Shown here: positions 1 to 12,672 of the stretch, piece after piece
How the letters are laid out: every line of letters begins with the position of its first letter
Numbering within the stretch: position 1 is the first letter of the stretch
Assembly: GCA_964016885.1 (NCBI GenBank)
Contig: OZ024756.1
Span: forward strand, 4,402,001 to 4,466,000
Direction of reading: 5' to 3'
DNA length: 64,000 nucleotides
Origin: Eledone cirrhosa
Lineage: Eukaryota
The notes under the pieces: model-generated
What the model saw: the letters and a program-made list of their open reading frames with translations, nothing else
Told to the model about the DNA's origin: nothing
The model's database searches: none
Program-made: the position numbers and the translations under genes

Positions 1-1
1 C

Positions 2-829
2 CTCACTGGTCAACCGGCGTGGGCTCCGTTCGTGAAACGAGCCTTTCCGAGACTCGTCTCGCTCACCGAGCTACAGTCCTGGGTCAAGCAAAGATCCGGA
101 AAACTGGGAGACTGGCACACTGAGTGTGCTCAGGCGCTCAGGGCTCTCTGGCAAGCGGGCCGGGCCATTGGTGGAGAATCCACCTCATCATTCTATAGAG
201 GGCTGATGGCTAGCAGGGGCGATGACACCATTGGAGAGTCGCTGGACATGGAAGAAGACGAACTGGCCAGCCTGTTCGGTAGGACTTTCGGCCCAGGACC
301 AATGGACAACTTCCAGAAGTCACTGGCCTGGCGGTGCTACCGGGGGGCTCTACCCGTTCGAGAGAGGCTCTACAGACACGGGCGCCCCGGCAGGGATCCC
401 TCAAAAAAGATTTGCCCTAGATGCGTGCGTCACGAAGAAACCGTTGCTCACGCATTGGTGCAATGTCCGGGCGTGGCTGATCTGTGGGGCTACGCCGAAC
501 GACTGCTGTCGCGGGTGGCGCCGATTAAATTGACCGCCGAGTCCGTGATGACAATCAAACCGCCTCCCCTCTTCACAAAGGAAGCAAAGGCGGTTTTTCT
601 GTGCGTAATAGCCATGTTGAAAGAGGTTGTTTGGTGGACACGATTGAAAGGTCTGAGGTCAGGCAACTTCCTCTCTGGCCATAGTCTGGTCTACTTCTTC
701 CGATATCACTTCGGAAGAAGGATAAGAATGGAGAGAGAGGTGCTTGGCCACAGGCAGTTTTATGAAAGGTGGTTGATAGTGGCGAGAATGGCTCGTGTAA
801 ATGGGCCTTCTCTGTATACCATCCTGTAG
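2..829 (+). mobile_element. L1/Tx1-like non-LTR retrotransposon, C-terminal part of ORF2 (zinc-binding zf-RVT-like region); 3' UTR runs to ~1043
   Basis: Open frame from the window start. LAWRCYRGALPVRERL...CPRC-x4-ETVAHALVQC is the CCHC motif typical of the ORF2 C-terminus. It is followed by a pyrimidine-rich 3' UTR, AATAAA at ~1035 and (TA)n/(TG)n. Confidence 0.8.
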
Positions 830-1069
830 GTAAAGGAGTAAAGGAGAGGGGAGCACCTTCTCCATGTGCTCCCCGGGCAAAGGATTGCACACTTTTTCGG
901 GGATGTGTGCAACCCCCATCACGTCCCCTCCCTTTTGAGGTTATTTTCGATTATTTTCATGTTACACCCTTTTTACTCGATTATATGTAAACTCCCCCTT
1001 TGTATTTGTCCCTTCTTTTTATGCCTTTATGGTAAATAAAGAAATATATCTATATATATATATATATGT

Positions 1070-1135
<66 letters not shown>

Positions 1136-1170
1136 ACTATATATATGTATATATATGTATATACATAGAG

Positions 1171-1356
1171 AGAAGAGCTTCTACAGGACTAGAACTGTTT
1201 CATTCGTGAGTAATTATCAGGGAGCTCCCTGATGATTTCTCACGAATGAAACAGTTCTAGTCCTGTAGAAGCTCTTCTATATTCAAACTGTTATACTCTG
1301 CTATGTATTGAGTACCTTACTTACTGTGGTTACCTCTGATTCAACCCGGAATAACT
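1171..1356 (+). mobile_element. Short fold-back PLE-derived element (family A): 108-bp palindrome 1171-1278 plus unpaired 3' tail
   Basis: agaagagcttctacaggactagaactgtttcattcgtgag ... ctcacgaatgaaacagttctagtcctgtagaagctcttct, flanked by TA-rich microsatellite. A second copy lies at 35711-35890. Confidence 0.75.
1222..1274 (+). ncRNA. Type I hammerhead ribozyme motif
   Basis: gagctcc-CTGATGA-tttctcacgaat-GAAA-cag ttctagtc ctg-TA-gaagctc. Core intact, stem II ttc/gaa, stem III cag/ctg, GUA cleavage triplet, stem I with one mismatch. Confidence 0.7.
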
Positions 1357-1457
1357 TGTATGTATGTAAATATATATACTATATATAAATGTACATATAT
1401 ATGGTATATATAAATGTGTGAGTGTATGTATCTTTATACATATATACACACATTATG

Positions 1458-1497
<40 letters not shown>

Positions 1498-1606
1498 GGG
1501 TCACTCTTCAGTGCTATTGGTAACATGTAACCCACTACAACCTGTCGCATCTACGTAAACCCGTGTCAATTTCAATGTCTCCCTCCCCTACTCTTCCAGT
1601 CGACAT

Positions 1607-1710
1607 TCGAGGTTAACTTTACCTTTCATCCGTACGTGGTCGTTAAAATAAAGTACCAGTAATGCACTGGGGTAATTGCTGGCCTTGTGCCTAAAGTAGA
1701 AACAATTATA
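1607..1710 (+). mobile_element. 5'-truncated tRNA-derived SINE (family S1)
   Basis: gaggttaactttacctttcatcc...aaataaagtaccagtaatgcactgggg...gtagaaacaattat matches the full copy at 14735-14929. Confidence 0.8.
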
Positions 1711-1779
1711 TTTTGTATATTGAGTAACTACATGAATATAATGACGATAAAATAATTAGAAAAACATTACAAATATTTA

Positions 1780-4700
1780 ATAACGAAAAAGGAAGAGAAA
1801 AGCAAGGGTTCTAAGGTCACAGAAGAATGTGAGGGGGACGAGGGGAGGGTGATGGGCTCTGGGCCCATGGTGCGAGCAATGCCCAGCGATACCCGCTGCA
1901 TGGGGCTCCTTCCTCAGACAGGCTACTGACGTTCCTATCTTGCGGAAGATCTCAGCAGTACAGGGTCCAAGTACGACTGAGGTCTCGACAGTGACCGGTG
2001 CGAAGGCGAAGCGGCCGGACAATCCCCGAGGGGTCCAAGCACGACTGAGGTCACGACGGTGACCGGTGAGAAGGGGAGGCGGCCGGACAATCCCCGAGGA
2101 GTCCAAGTACGACTGAGGTCTCGACGGTGACCGGTGCGAAGGCGAAGCGGCCGGACAATCTCCGAGGGGTCCAAGCACGACTGAGGTCACGACGGTGACC
2201 GGTGAGAAGGGGAGGCGGCCGGACAATCCCCGAGGAGTCCAAGTACGACTGAGGTCTCGACGGTGACCGGTGCGAAGGCGAAGCGGCCGGACAATCCCCG
2301 AGGGGTCCAAGCACGACTGAGGTCACGACGGTGACCGGTGAGAAGGGGAGGCGGCCGGACAATCCCCGAGGAGTCCAAGTACGACTGAGGTCTCGACAGT
2401 GACCGGTGCGAAGGCGAAGCGGCCGGACAATCTCCGAGGGGTCCAAGCACGACTGAGGTCACGACGGTGACCGGTGAGAAGGGGAGGCGGCCGGACAATC
2501 CCCGAGGAGTCCAAGTACGACTGAGGTCTCGACAGTGACCGGTGCGAAGGCGAAGCGGCCGGACAATCTCCGAGGGGTCCAAGCACGACTGAGGTCACGA
2601 CGGTGACCGGTGAGAAGGGGAGGCGGCCGGACAATCCCCGAGGAGTCCAAGTACGACTGAGGTCTCGACGGTGACCGGTGCGAAGGCGAAGCGGCCGGAC
2701 AATCCCCGAGGGGTCCAAGTACCCCTGAGGTCTCGACGGTCACCGGTGAGAAGGGGAGGCGGCCGGACAATCCCCGAGGAGTCCAAGTACGACTGAGGTC
2801 TCGACAGTGACCGGTGCGAAGGCGAAGCGGCCGGACAATCTCCGAGGGGTCCAAGCACGACTGAGGTCTCGACGGTGACCGGTGCGAAGGCGAAGCGGCC
2901 GGACAATCCCCGAGGGGTCCAAGTACCCCTGAGGTCTCGACGGTCACCGGTGAGAAGGGGAGGCGGCCGGACAATCCCCGAGGGGTCCAAGTACGACTGA
3001 GGTCTCGACAGTGACCGGTGCGAAGGGGAGGCGGCCGGACAATCCCCGAGGGGTCCAAGTACGACTGAGGTCTCGACGGTGACCGGTGCGAAGGGGAAGC
3101 GGCCGGACAATCCCCGAGGGGTCCAAGTACCCCTGAGGTCTCGACGGTCACCGGTGAGAAGGGGAGGCGGCCGGACAATCCCCGAGGGGTCCAAGTACGA
3201 CTGAGGTCTCGACGGTGACCGGTGCGAAGGCGAAGCGGCCGGACAATCCCCGAGGGGTCCAAGTACCCCTGAGGTCTCGACGGTCACCGGTGAGAAGGGG
3301 AGGCGGCCGGACAATCCCCGAGGGGTCCAAGTACGACTGAGGTCTCGACAGTGACCGGTGCGAAGGGGAGGCGGCCGGACAATCCCCGAGGGGTCCAAGT
3401 ACGACTGAGGTCTCGACGGTGACCGGTGAGAAGGGGAAGCGGCCGGACAATCCCCGAGGGGTCCAAGTACGACTGAGGTCTCGACGGTGACCGGTGCGAA
3501 GGGGAGGCGGCCGGACAATCCCCGAGGGGTCCAAGCACGACTGGGGTCACGACGGTGACCGGTGCGAAGGGGAGGCGGCCGGACAATCCCCGAGGGGTCC
3601 AAGCACGACTGGGGTCACGACGGTGACCGGTGCGAAGGGGAGGCCGCCAGACAATCCCCGAGGGGTCCAAGCACGACTGAGGTCTCGACGGTGACCGGTG
3701 CGAAGGGGAGGCGGCCGGACAATCCCCGAGGGGTCCAAGCACGACTGGGGTCACGACGGTGACCGGTGCGAAGGGGAGGCCGCCAGACAATCCCCGAGGG
3801 GTCCAAGCACGACTGAGGTCTCGACGGTGACCGGTGCGAAGGGGAGGCGGCCGGACAATCCCCGAGGGGTCCAAGCACGACTGGGGTCACGACGGTGACC
3901 GGTGCGAAGGGGAGGCCGCCAGACAATCCCCGAGGGGTCCAAGCACGACTGAGGTCTCGACGGTGACCGGTGCGAAGGGGAAGCGGCCGGACAATCCCCG
4001 AGGGGTCCAAGCACGTCTGGGGTCACGACGGTGACCGGTGCGAAGGGGAGGCGGCCGGACAATCCCCGAGGGGTCCAAGCACGACTGGGGTCACGACGGT
4101 GACCGGTGCGAAGGGGAGGCGGCCGGACAATCCCCGAGGGGTCCAAGTACGACTGAGGTCTCGACAGTGACCGGTGCGAAGGCGAAGCGGCCGGACAATC
4201 CCCGAGGGGTCCAAGCACGTCTGGGGTCACGACGGTGACCGGTGAGAAGGGGAAGCGGCCGGACAATCCCCGAGGGGTCCAAGCACGTCTGGGGTCACGA
4301 CGGTGACCGGTGCGAAGGGGAGGCGGCCGGACAATCCCCGAGGGGTCCAAGCACGACTGGGGTCACGACGGTGACCGGTGCGAAGGGGAGGCGGCCGGAC
4401 AATCCCCGAGGGGTCCAAGTACCCCTGAGGTCTCGACGGTCACCGGTGCGAAGGCGAAGCGGCCGGACAATCCCCGAGGGGTCCAAGTACCCCTGAGGTC
4501 TCGACGGTCACCGGTGCGAAGGCGAAGCGGCCGGACAATCCCCGAGGGGTCCAAGTACCCCTGAGGTCTCGACGGTCACCGGTGCGAAGGCGAAGCGGCC
4601 GGACAATCCCCGAGGGGTCCAAGCACGACTGGGGTCACGACGGTGACCGGTGCGAAGGGGAAGCGGCCGGACAATCCCTGAGGGGTCCAAGTACGACTGG

Positions 4701-5267
4701 GGTCACGACGGTGACCGGTACGAAGGGGAAGCGGCCGGACAATCCCCGAGGGGTCCAAGCACGTCTGGGGTCACGACGGTGACCGGTGCGAAGGGGAGGC
4801 GGCCGGACAATCCCCGAGGGGTCCAAGCACGTCTGGGGTCACGACGGTGACCGGTGCGAAGGGGAGGCGGCCGGACAATCCCCGAGGGGTACAAGCACGA
4901 CTGGGGTCACGACGGTGACCGGTGCGAAGGGGAGGCCGCCGGACATTCCCCGAGGGGTCCAAGCACGACTGAGGTCTCGACGGTGACCGGTGCGAAGGGG
5001 AGGCGGCCGGACAATCCCCGAGGGGTCCAAGCACGACTGGGGTCACGACGGTGACCGGTGCGAAGGGGAGGCCGCCGGACAATCCCCGGTATTCGTTTGT
5101 CTTTCTTTCCTCTGCATTGCGGGTCGCAGTGCCGTGGTTTGTGACCGAAGTGACTAAGTTAAAGGCGGAGAACGTGTCACTATATGTGGTGTCCTAAATG
5201 AGGGACCTAGCTCCTTCAAATGGGAAGAGAGTGATTCCGCCGGGGCTCTTGGGGTCTCCGTGTCGAG
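1780..5267 (-). mobile_element. CRE-like non-LTR retrotransposon fragment (restriction-like endonuclease C-terminus), degraded and internally expanded by a minisatellite
   Basis: The minus strand from 5265 reads RHGDPKSPGGITLFPFEGARSLI*DTTYSDTFSAFNL...AEERKTNEYRGLSGGLPFAPVTV..VLGP. After the array it reads CTAEIFRKIG... then, shifted, MQRVSLGIAR. This follows the CRE-type pattern RxDGKRPDG-x-T-x-P...LxWDxT-xxDT...AExxKxxKY...FxPVAVETxGxxGP...QRxSxAIxR. Confidence 0.75.
1963..5088. repeat. GC-rich 68-bp minisatellite, 46 copies
   Basis: Unit gggtccaagYacgactgRggtcWcgacggtgaccggtgMgaaggSgaRgcggccggacaatccccgag. 3126 bp = 46 x 68 - 2. Variant units alternate as a 136-bp dimer at the left end. 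Confidence 0.97.
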
Positions 5268-5343
5268 TACACATTTATTAGATTCTCTATATTTTCCATT
5301 TGTATATTTGTATAATTATTGCTTCTATAAAAATTGTTTTTTT

Positions 5344-5440
5344 TTCTTTTGGCACAATGGCGGCAATTTGAAGGGAAGGGGCAGGTCAATTAAATAGACC
5401 GGACCCTAGTGCGTTACTGGTACTTAATTTTATCAAACCC
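5344..5440 (-). mobile_element. Degenerate SINE 3' portion (S1-related)
   Basis: ttctttggcacaa...tactggtacttaattttatc is the reverse complement of the SINE 3' core gataaaataagtaccagt...ttgtgccaaa. Confidence 0.55.
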
Positions 5441-5499
5441 ATCAGCGAAATTATACCGCGAATTTCAATGAATTCCTTTAGTGTGAGAAGAGAGATGGT

Positions 5500-5950
5500 A
5501 AGAATGAAAGAAGGAGGGAGAGAAAGAGGGAAAGAGAGAGGAAGGGAAATAGAGAAAAAGAGAGAGAGGGGAGGGAAATAGAGAGAAATAGAGAGAGAGA
5601 GGGAAATAGAGAGAAAGTAAGAGAGAGAGAGAGGGTGGAAAGAGAGAGAAAGAAAGAGAGATGGGAGGGGGGAAATACAGAGAAAGAAAGAGAGAGGGAG
5701 AGAAATAGAGAGAGAGGGGGGAAATAGAGAGAAACAGAGATAGAGGGGGGAAAGAGAGAGAAAGAAAGAGAGAGAGAGGGAAATAGAGAGAGAGAGAGGG
5801 GGGAAATAGAGAGAAACAGAGATAGAGGGGGAAAGAGAGAGAAAGAAAGAGAGAGAGATAGGGAAATAGAGAGAAAGAAGGAGAGAGGGAGAGAGAAGGA
5901 AGGAGAGAGAGAGGGAAGGAAAGAATGAGAGAGGGAAGGGGGGGGGGGAG
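5500..5950. repeat. GA-rich low-complexity repeat with recurring gggaaatagagaga units
   Basis: Almost pure purine tract on the + strand. Confidence 0.9.
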
Positions 5951-6120
5951 ATAATACAACATGATTAATTCTTTTCTTGTCATTGCCTCGTTAATCCATA
6001 TTTATTTATTAATTTATTTATTAATCAATATCTATTGCTTTCATCGAACAGAATCATCGAACAGAACGACCGCGGATATTGCTAAACTCCTGACATAGAT
6101 ATTTTGGGCTTTCCCTTTTT

Positions 6121-6285
6121 GTGGTGGGGGTGATGGTGTAGTGGTGATGGTGGTGTGGGGGCGGTGGGGGTGTGGTGGTTGTGGCGTTGTGGTGGTGGTG
6201 GTGGTGTGGTAATAGTGTGGTGGTAGTGGTGTGGTGGTGGCGGTGTGGTGGTGGTGGTGTAGTGGTGGTGCTATGGTGGCGGTAG
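6121..6285. repeat. (GGT)n-like microsatellite
   Basis: Degenerate GGT/GTG triplets. Confidence 0.9.
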
Positions 6286-6703
6286 GGCTGTTCAAGTGGA
6301 GTGCGATGATATAAATCTCTTGAGATTTTTTATCTTTGACCTATGACAGCAATGAAGTGGAGTTCCTCTTACCTTACCTTCTGAAGTAGTTTGTATCAGT
6401 TGAGAGAATGGTATGGAATAGAAGTTTTAGAGTAACATATATGTTTGCTTTCGGCGAGTAAGCAGATATATATCACTTCGTGGGAACGGAGCCTTTCCAG
6501 AACCCAGAACTTCATGGTTTTCTGGGTGATAAATACAGAACTCTTCCATCAGAGTATATTACATTAGTTAGTCTCTTCCTTCTTGAGAATCAGACCACTG
6601 GGAAGAAGGAAAATTCGAAGATATTTAGAAAAAGAAAATTCATTTAATAATGTATCTGTCAATTTCTCATTCACTCTCCCTGTCACCCACTCTCTCTCTC
6701 CCC

Positions 6704-6763
<60 letters not shown>

Positions 6764-6778
6764 ACACGCACATGGACC

Positions 6779-6810
<32 letters not shown>

Positions 6811-7281
6811 TGATTATAATTTACTGTCCAAATGGTTTCTCGAGAGCAACATGAGTTGATAAAACTGCAACGGACCAATCAACAGTCAATGATATACAGA
6901 AAGTGTTCATTGGTTCAGAGTGGTTGGTATTAATTTTTGAAAGGGTTTTGTACAGAGTGCATTGACAAGTGTAAAACCCAGACAGAGAATAACATCATGG
7001 AAACTTCATCGACCTGGACCTCGGTGGTTTCTGTTAAACCCGCCTATAACTACGACTAAATGCATGACATGCATTTACAACAAGTACATATGCCACTGGA
7101 TCAGAAGTAGCGTCATCAGCAGATATTATCTTTTGAACATTGTATGGTTTTTGCGGAGCCTATATGATTAAAGCCCTCTGCCAAACATGATTGGGTGCAA
7201 CTGTCGTCACGTGGTCACATACTAGTTTAGCTACCAGCAAAATCTATACAGTTTTTGCGGCTTGATATAGTAAGATTAATA

Positions 7282-7339
<58 letters not shown>

Positions 7340-7979
7340 CTGAGAGAGCGAGAGAGGGGGAAGCAGTCAGTCAGACAGACATAAATTGATATGTATATAT
7401 ATCTATCTATATATATATGTATATATATATATCTATATATATATGTATATATATATATATCAATACTACTCAAATATACATATATGTGTGTGTGCTTACA
7501 ATAATACATACGCACACATGCACACACAGACACCCATACACACACATACATACTCATACATGCACATATTCAGACACACACATACACACACATACACACA
7601 CATACACATATTCAGGCACACACATATACACACTCATACACACACATATTCAGACACACATACACACACACACACATATTCAGACACACAAACTCATACA
7701 CTCACATATTCATACACACACATACACATACATACAAATCCTTCTAAACATTTCCTGTAAATTTCAACAATGACAAATCAACTTCTGAAAATAATTTATA
7801 TCCGTTTCCTCCTCTAGTTCCACCTGTCTATATTGTCATCATAACTTGTAAACCTATTGTTATACCCTCCGTCGCTTTCCTATTAACCATCACTCCACCT
7901 TTCATTGCCACACACATGGTCTTTCTCTCTCTCTCTCTCTGTCTTCTTTCTCCCCCTCTCTCTCTCTATCTATCTATCT

Positions 7980-8065
<86 letters not shown>

Positions 8066-8072
<7 letters not shown>

Positions 8073-8368
8073 AAATAATGAAGTCAAATATTTAAAATTT
8101 GGCTTCGTTTATTAAAGGTGTACTGCTATATATATATTTCGGTGACAGCCATCCTTGGCTGTGACCTCTTCAGGCAGTCCGAATTGGTGTGGTAGAGACA
8201 GGTACACATGTTGTTGAAGTGTTTAACTCCGTCAATACTCCGATATGCCCAGTTCCTCGTTGGGTTGTTATTTCTCTGAGGAACTGGAATCATAGCAAAC
8301 CAACCTGCGTACTTCGGCGAGTGCTCCAATCTGCATACTGAGGTGTCGGTAAACAACCAACATATACT

Positions 8369-8370
<2 letters not shown>
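8066..8370. mobile_element. Short PLE-derived element between two (TA)n tracts: inverted hammerhead-bearing segment joined to a + strand tail
   Basis: Bounded by (TA)n on both sides. Hammerhead on the minus strand. + strand tail tactccga...tcggcgagtgctcc lies ~50 nt before the (TA)n. Confidence 0.6.
8122..8178 (-). ncRNA. Type I hammerhead ribozyme motif (canonical core)
   Basis: Minus strand: actgc-CTGAAGA-ggtcacagcca agga tggctgtcacc-GAAA-tatatata-TA-gcagt. Perfect 5-bp stem I, long stem II, self-complementary TA stem/loop III. Confidence 0.85.
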
Positions 8371-8432
<62 letters not shown>

Positions 8433-8767
8433 AGTATATGTTGGTTGATATATGTATGGAGTATTTGTTGGTTGTTTACCGACACCTCAGTATGCAGATT
8501 GGAGCACTCGCCGAATAATCAAAATTTTCGTGTACCTTTCACCGGCTTTACCTATTTTCATCCCCAAAGTAATCTTTTCATTCAAAATACTCTTTCCATT
8601 CAAAACTGAAGTCTACATTCCTCTACCCCTAAATTAAATTTCTACTACTACTATTCTATCAACCTGACCACTTACTACTTTTCTATTGGTCAATTCAACA
8701 CCTGTTCCCAAACAGACCTATTATATTAAATCTTTGTTGTTTTTTTTCAATAAACAAATATCATTAT

Positions 8768-8856
8768 AGTTCAAATCCCGCCGAGGTTAACTTTGCCTTT
8801 CATCCTTAGGGGGTCGATAAAATAAAGTACCAGTAATACACTGGGATAATTGCTGG
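8768..8856 (+). mobile_element. SINE S1 fragment
   Basis: gttcaaatcccgccgaggttaactttgcctttcatcc...gataaaataaagtaccagt (B box plus core). Confidence 0.8.
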
Positions 8857-9130
8857 CATAGTAGATGGTTAAGATCCAGCCATAACCATCTACTATGTCA
8901 GGGTATGTCATGCATCATCTTATTTTATTTGATGAGGACGTACTGTTGAAGTTAGCTCAGTATCTCTGAAATATATATAATAAAATATACTTGATCACAA
9001 TGAAGTTCTATTTTTGTTAATATTTTGAATGAATATTAATAACTCCGGAAAACCATAATTGTTGAGTGCTTCCAATTTATTGTAAAACTAATTCTTTGAT
9101 TTATTCATTGAACCTTATTTAACCTTTAAA
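8854..9130 (+). mobile_element. Short PLE-derived element: terminal hairpin 8854-8900, degenerate hammerhead 8921-8987, tail ending in (TA)n
   Basis: catagtagatggtta/taaccatctactatg hairpin. tattttat-TTGATGA-...-GAAA-tatata-TA-ataaaata has a perfect 8-bp stem I but C3 changed to U. Tail actc...ttgagtgc. Confidence 0.6.
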
Positions 9131-9197
9131 TATATATATATATAGATATATATAGATATATACTCACACACAGCATAATGAAGAGATATTATTGGTT

Positions 9198-9294
9198 CCG
9201 AGGTTGACTTTGCCTTTCATCCTTACGGGGTCGATAAAATAAAGTACCAGTAATGCACTGGTTAATTGCTGGCCTTGTGCCTAAAGTAGAAACA
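9198..9294 (+). mobile_element. 5'-truncated SINE S1 with probable 10-bp target-site duplication
   Basis: SINE core sequence, with attattggtt at 9188-9197 and 9295-9304. Confidence 0.8.
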
Positions 9295-9576
9295 ATTATT
9301 GGTTTTATGTTTGATGTAGTAGGAAGAGAGTCTTGAAATTTCGGACGCTATTCCTTCATCAGAAAATAAAAATGAAAAATTAAAGAAAAAATAGAAAGAT
9401 TGAGGAGACTGGTAAATTAATTTGCCAACTCTCAGATTTCTGTTCACACACATACATCCCACTGATACACATCATATCACCTTTAGTCCACCTGCGTTCA
9501 CCCCGTCTCTCTATTTCTCCTCCCCTCTCTCTCTTTCTCTCTTTCCCCTCTCTGTCTCTCCCTTTCTGTCTCTTTC

Positions 9577-11029
<1,453 letters not shown>

Positions 11030-11503
11030 ACAGGTTCATCATTCATATACACAATGGCTCAAACACTCACAAATATATAAGACTGATAGAGAAAGAGAGA
11101 GAGAGGGGGGAGGGGGAAATGAAGGAGGAAAGGAAGAGGAGAAGTAAGGATGAGGATGAAGAAGAGAGGGATGAGATACAGTAGAGAGGTGGAGGAGGAG
11201 GAGGATATGCACGGTGGTAGGAGAGAAATGGTGTAAACAGCACGTATATGAGGTGTGTGTAAAGGCTGGAAGAGTTAATGAGAAAACACCTGTGTTAACA
11301 CCTGGGTGTCCTACCGTACTCCAGGTAGACCCACAACACCTTGACCACAACCACTCACAGGGTTATTTATATGATTATGATGGTGATGGGGATGATGATG
11401 ACTACGATATTGATGATGATGGTGGTACTGTCATATATATATATATATGTATATATATGTATATATATATATATATATGTATACATATATATATATATAT
11501 ATA

Positions 11504-11550
<47 letters not shown>

Positions 11551-11555
<5 letters not shown>

Positions 11556-11680
11556 GGTTTTATAAATATAGTTTCCATTTGTTTAATATCGTATATCTAC
11601 TCCAAAACTTGTTGAGTGCTTTATATCAGTTATAAAATATTTACTCGTTGTAACCCAACAATTTTAAATAAAACTTTTGC
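11551..11680 (+). mobile_element. 3' fragment (tail) of hammerhead element family B
   Basis: aatatggttttataaatatagtttccattt...tactccaaaacttgttgagtgc...gttgtaaccc matches 20853-20983. Flanked by (TA)n. Confidence 0.7.
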
Positions 11681-11747
11681 ATATATATGTATATATATAT
11701 ATAGATAGATAAATAAACACGGGTGTGTATGAATGTGTATAGAAGAT

Positions 11748-12129
11748 TATATTAATAAGAGGAATTCCAACTTTGTCTGATTTACTCGTTTTATTTACAA
11801 TCCTTTAAAATTTATAATGGTATTAGAATGAAATAGTACGATAGAATATTAAATGTTAAGTGTTAATTGAACAAGTACTTTCATGCTTTCGCAATCTTCA
11901 GGTTCATAATGTGTGGTGACAGTCAAGTTTGCAACTTGAAAATTGCAAACTTGACTGTCACCACACATTATGAACCTGAAGATTGCGAAAGCATGAAAGT
12001 ACTTGTTCAATTAACACTTAACATTTAATATTCTATCGTACTATTTCATTCTAATACCATTATAAATTTTAAAGGATTGTAAATAAAACGAGTAAATCAG
12101 ACAAAGTTGGAATTCCTCTTATTAATATA
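11748..12129. mobile_element. Fold-back element: 187-bp inverted arms, 8-nt loop (11935-11942)
   Basis: Arms 11748-11934 and 11943-12129 read as reverse complements and each contains a hammerhead motif. The right end abuts (TA)n. Confidence 0.85.
11971..12009 (+). ncRNA. Minimal type I hammerhead motif (mirror copy on the minus strand at 11868-11906)
   Basis: tgaac-CTGAAGA-ttgc gaaa gcat-GAAA-gtac-TT-gttca. Stem I tgaac/gttca, GNRA-capped stem II, palindromic loop III AAGTACTT. Confidence 0.8.
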
Positions 12130-12160
12130 TATATGTTTATATATATATATATGTATATAC

Positions 12161-12247
<87 letters not shown>

Positions 12248-12463
12248 TATATATATATATATATATGTTTATATATATATATATATATGTTTATATATAT
12301 ATATATGTTTATATATATATATATGTTTATATATATATATATGTTTATATATATATATATGTTTATATATATATATATGTTTATATATATATATATGTTT
12401 ATATATATATGTTTATATATATATATGTATATACATATATATATATATATGTTTATATATGTT

Positions 12464-12509
<46 letters not shown>

Positions 12510-12672
12510 TATATTATTATTACTATATATTTATTATTATTACTTTATATATATATACATATATATATTATTATTACTATATATTTATTATTATTACTTT
12601 ATATATATATACATATATATATTATTATTACTATATATTGATTATTATTACTATATATATATATATATATAC

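Noticed and set aside
1963-5088. CRISPR array, or the many ORFs called over the 68-bp repeat
   Set aside because: The units are contiguous with no unique spacers. The ORFs are frame-rotating translations of the tandem repeat.
9330-9368. Additional hammerheads: CTGATGA...GAAA on the minus strand here and at ~39780-39805, and CTGAGGC/CTGATGA at 20333-20395
   Set aside because: Core-like strings are present, but a convincing stem I or stem III with an NUH site could not be drawn.
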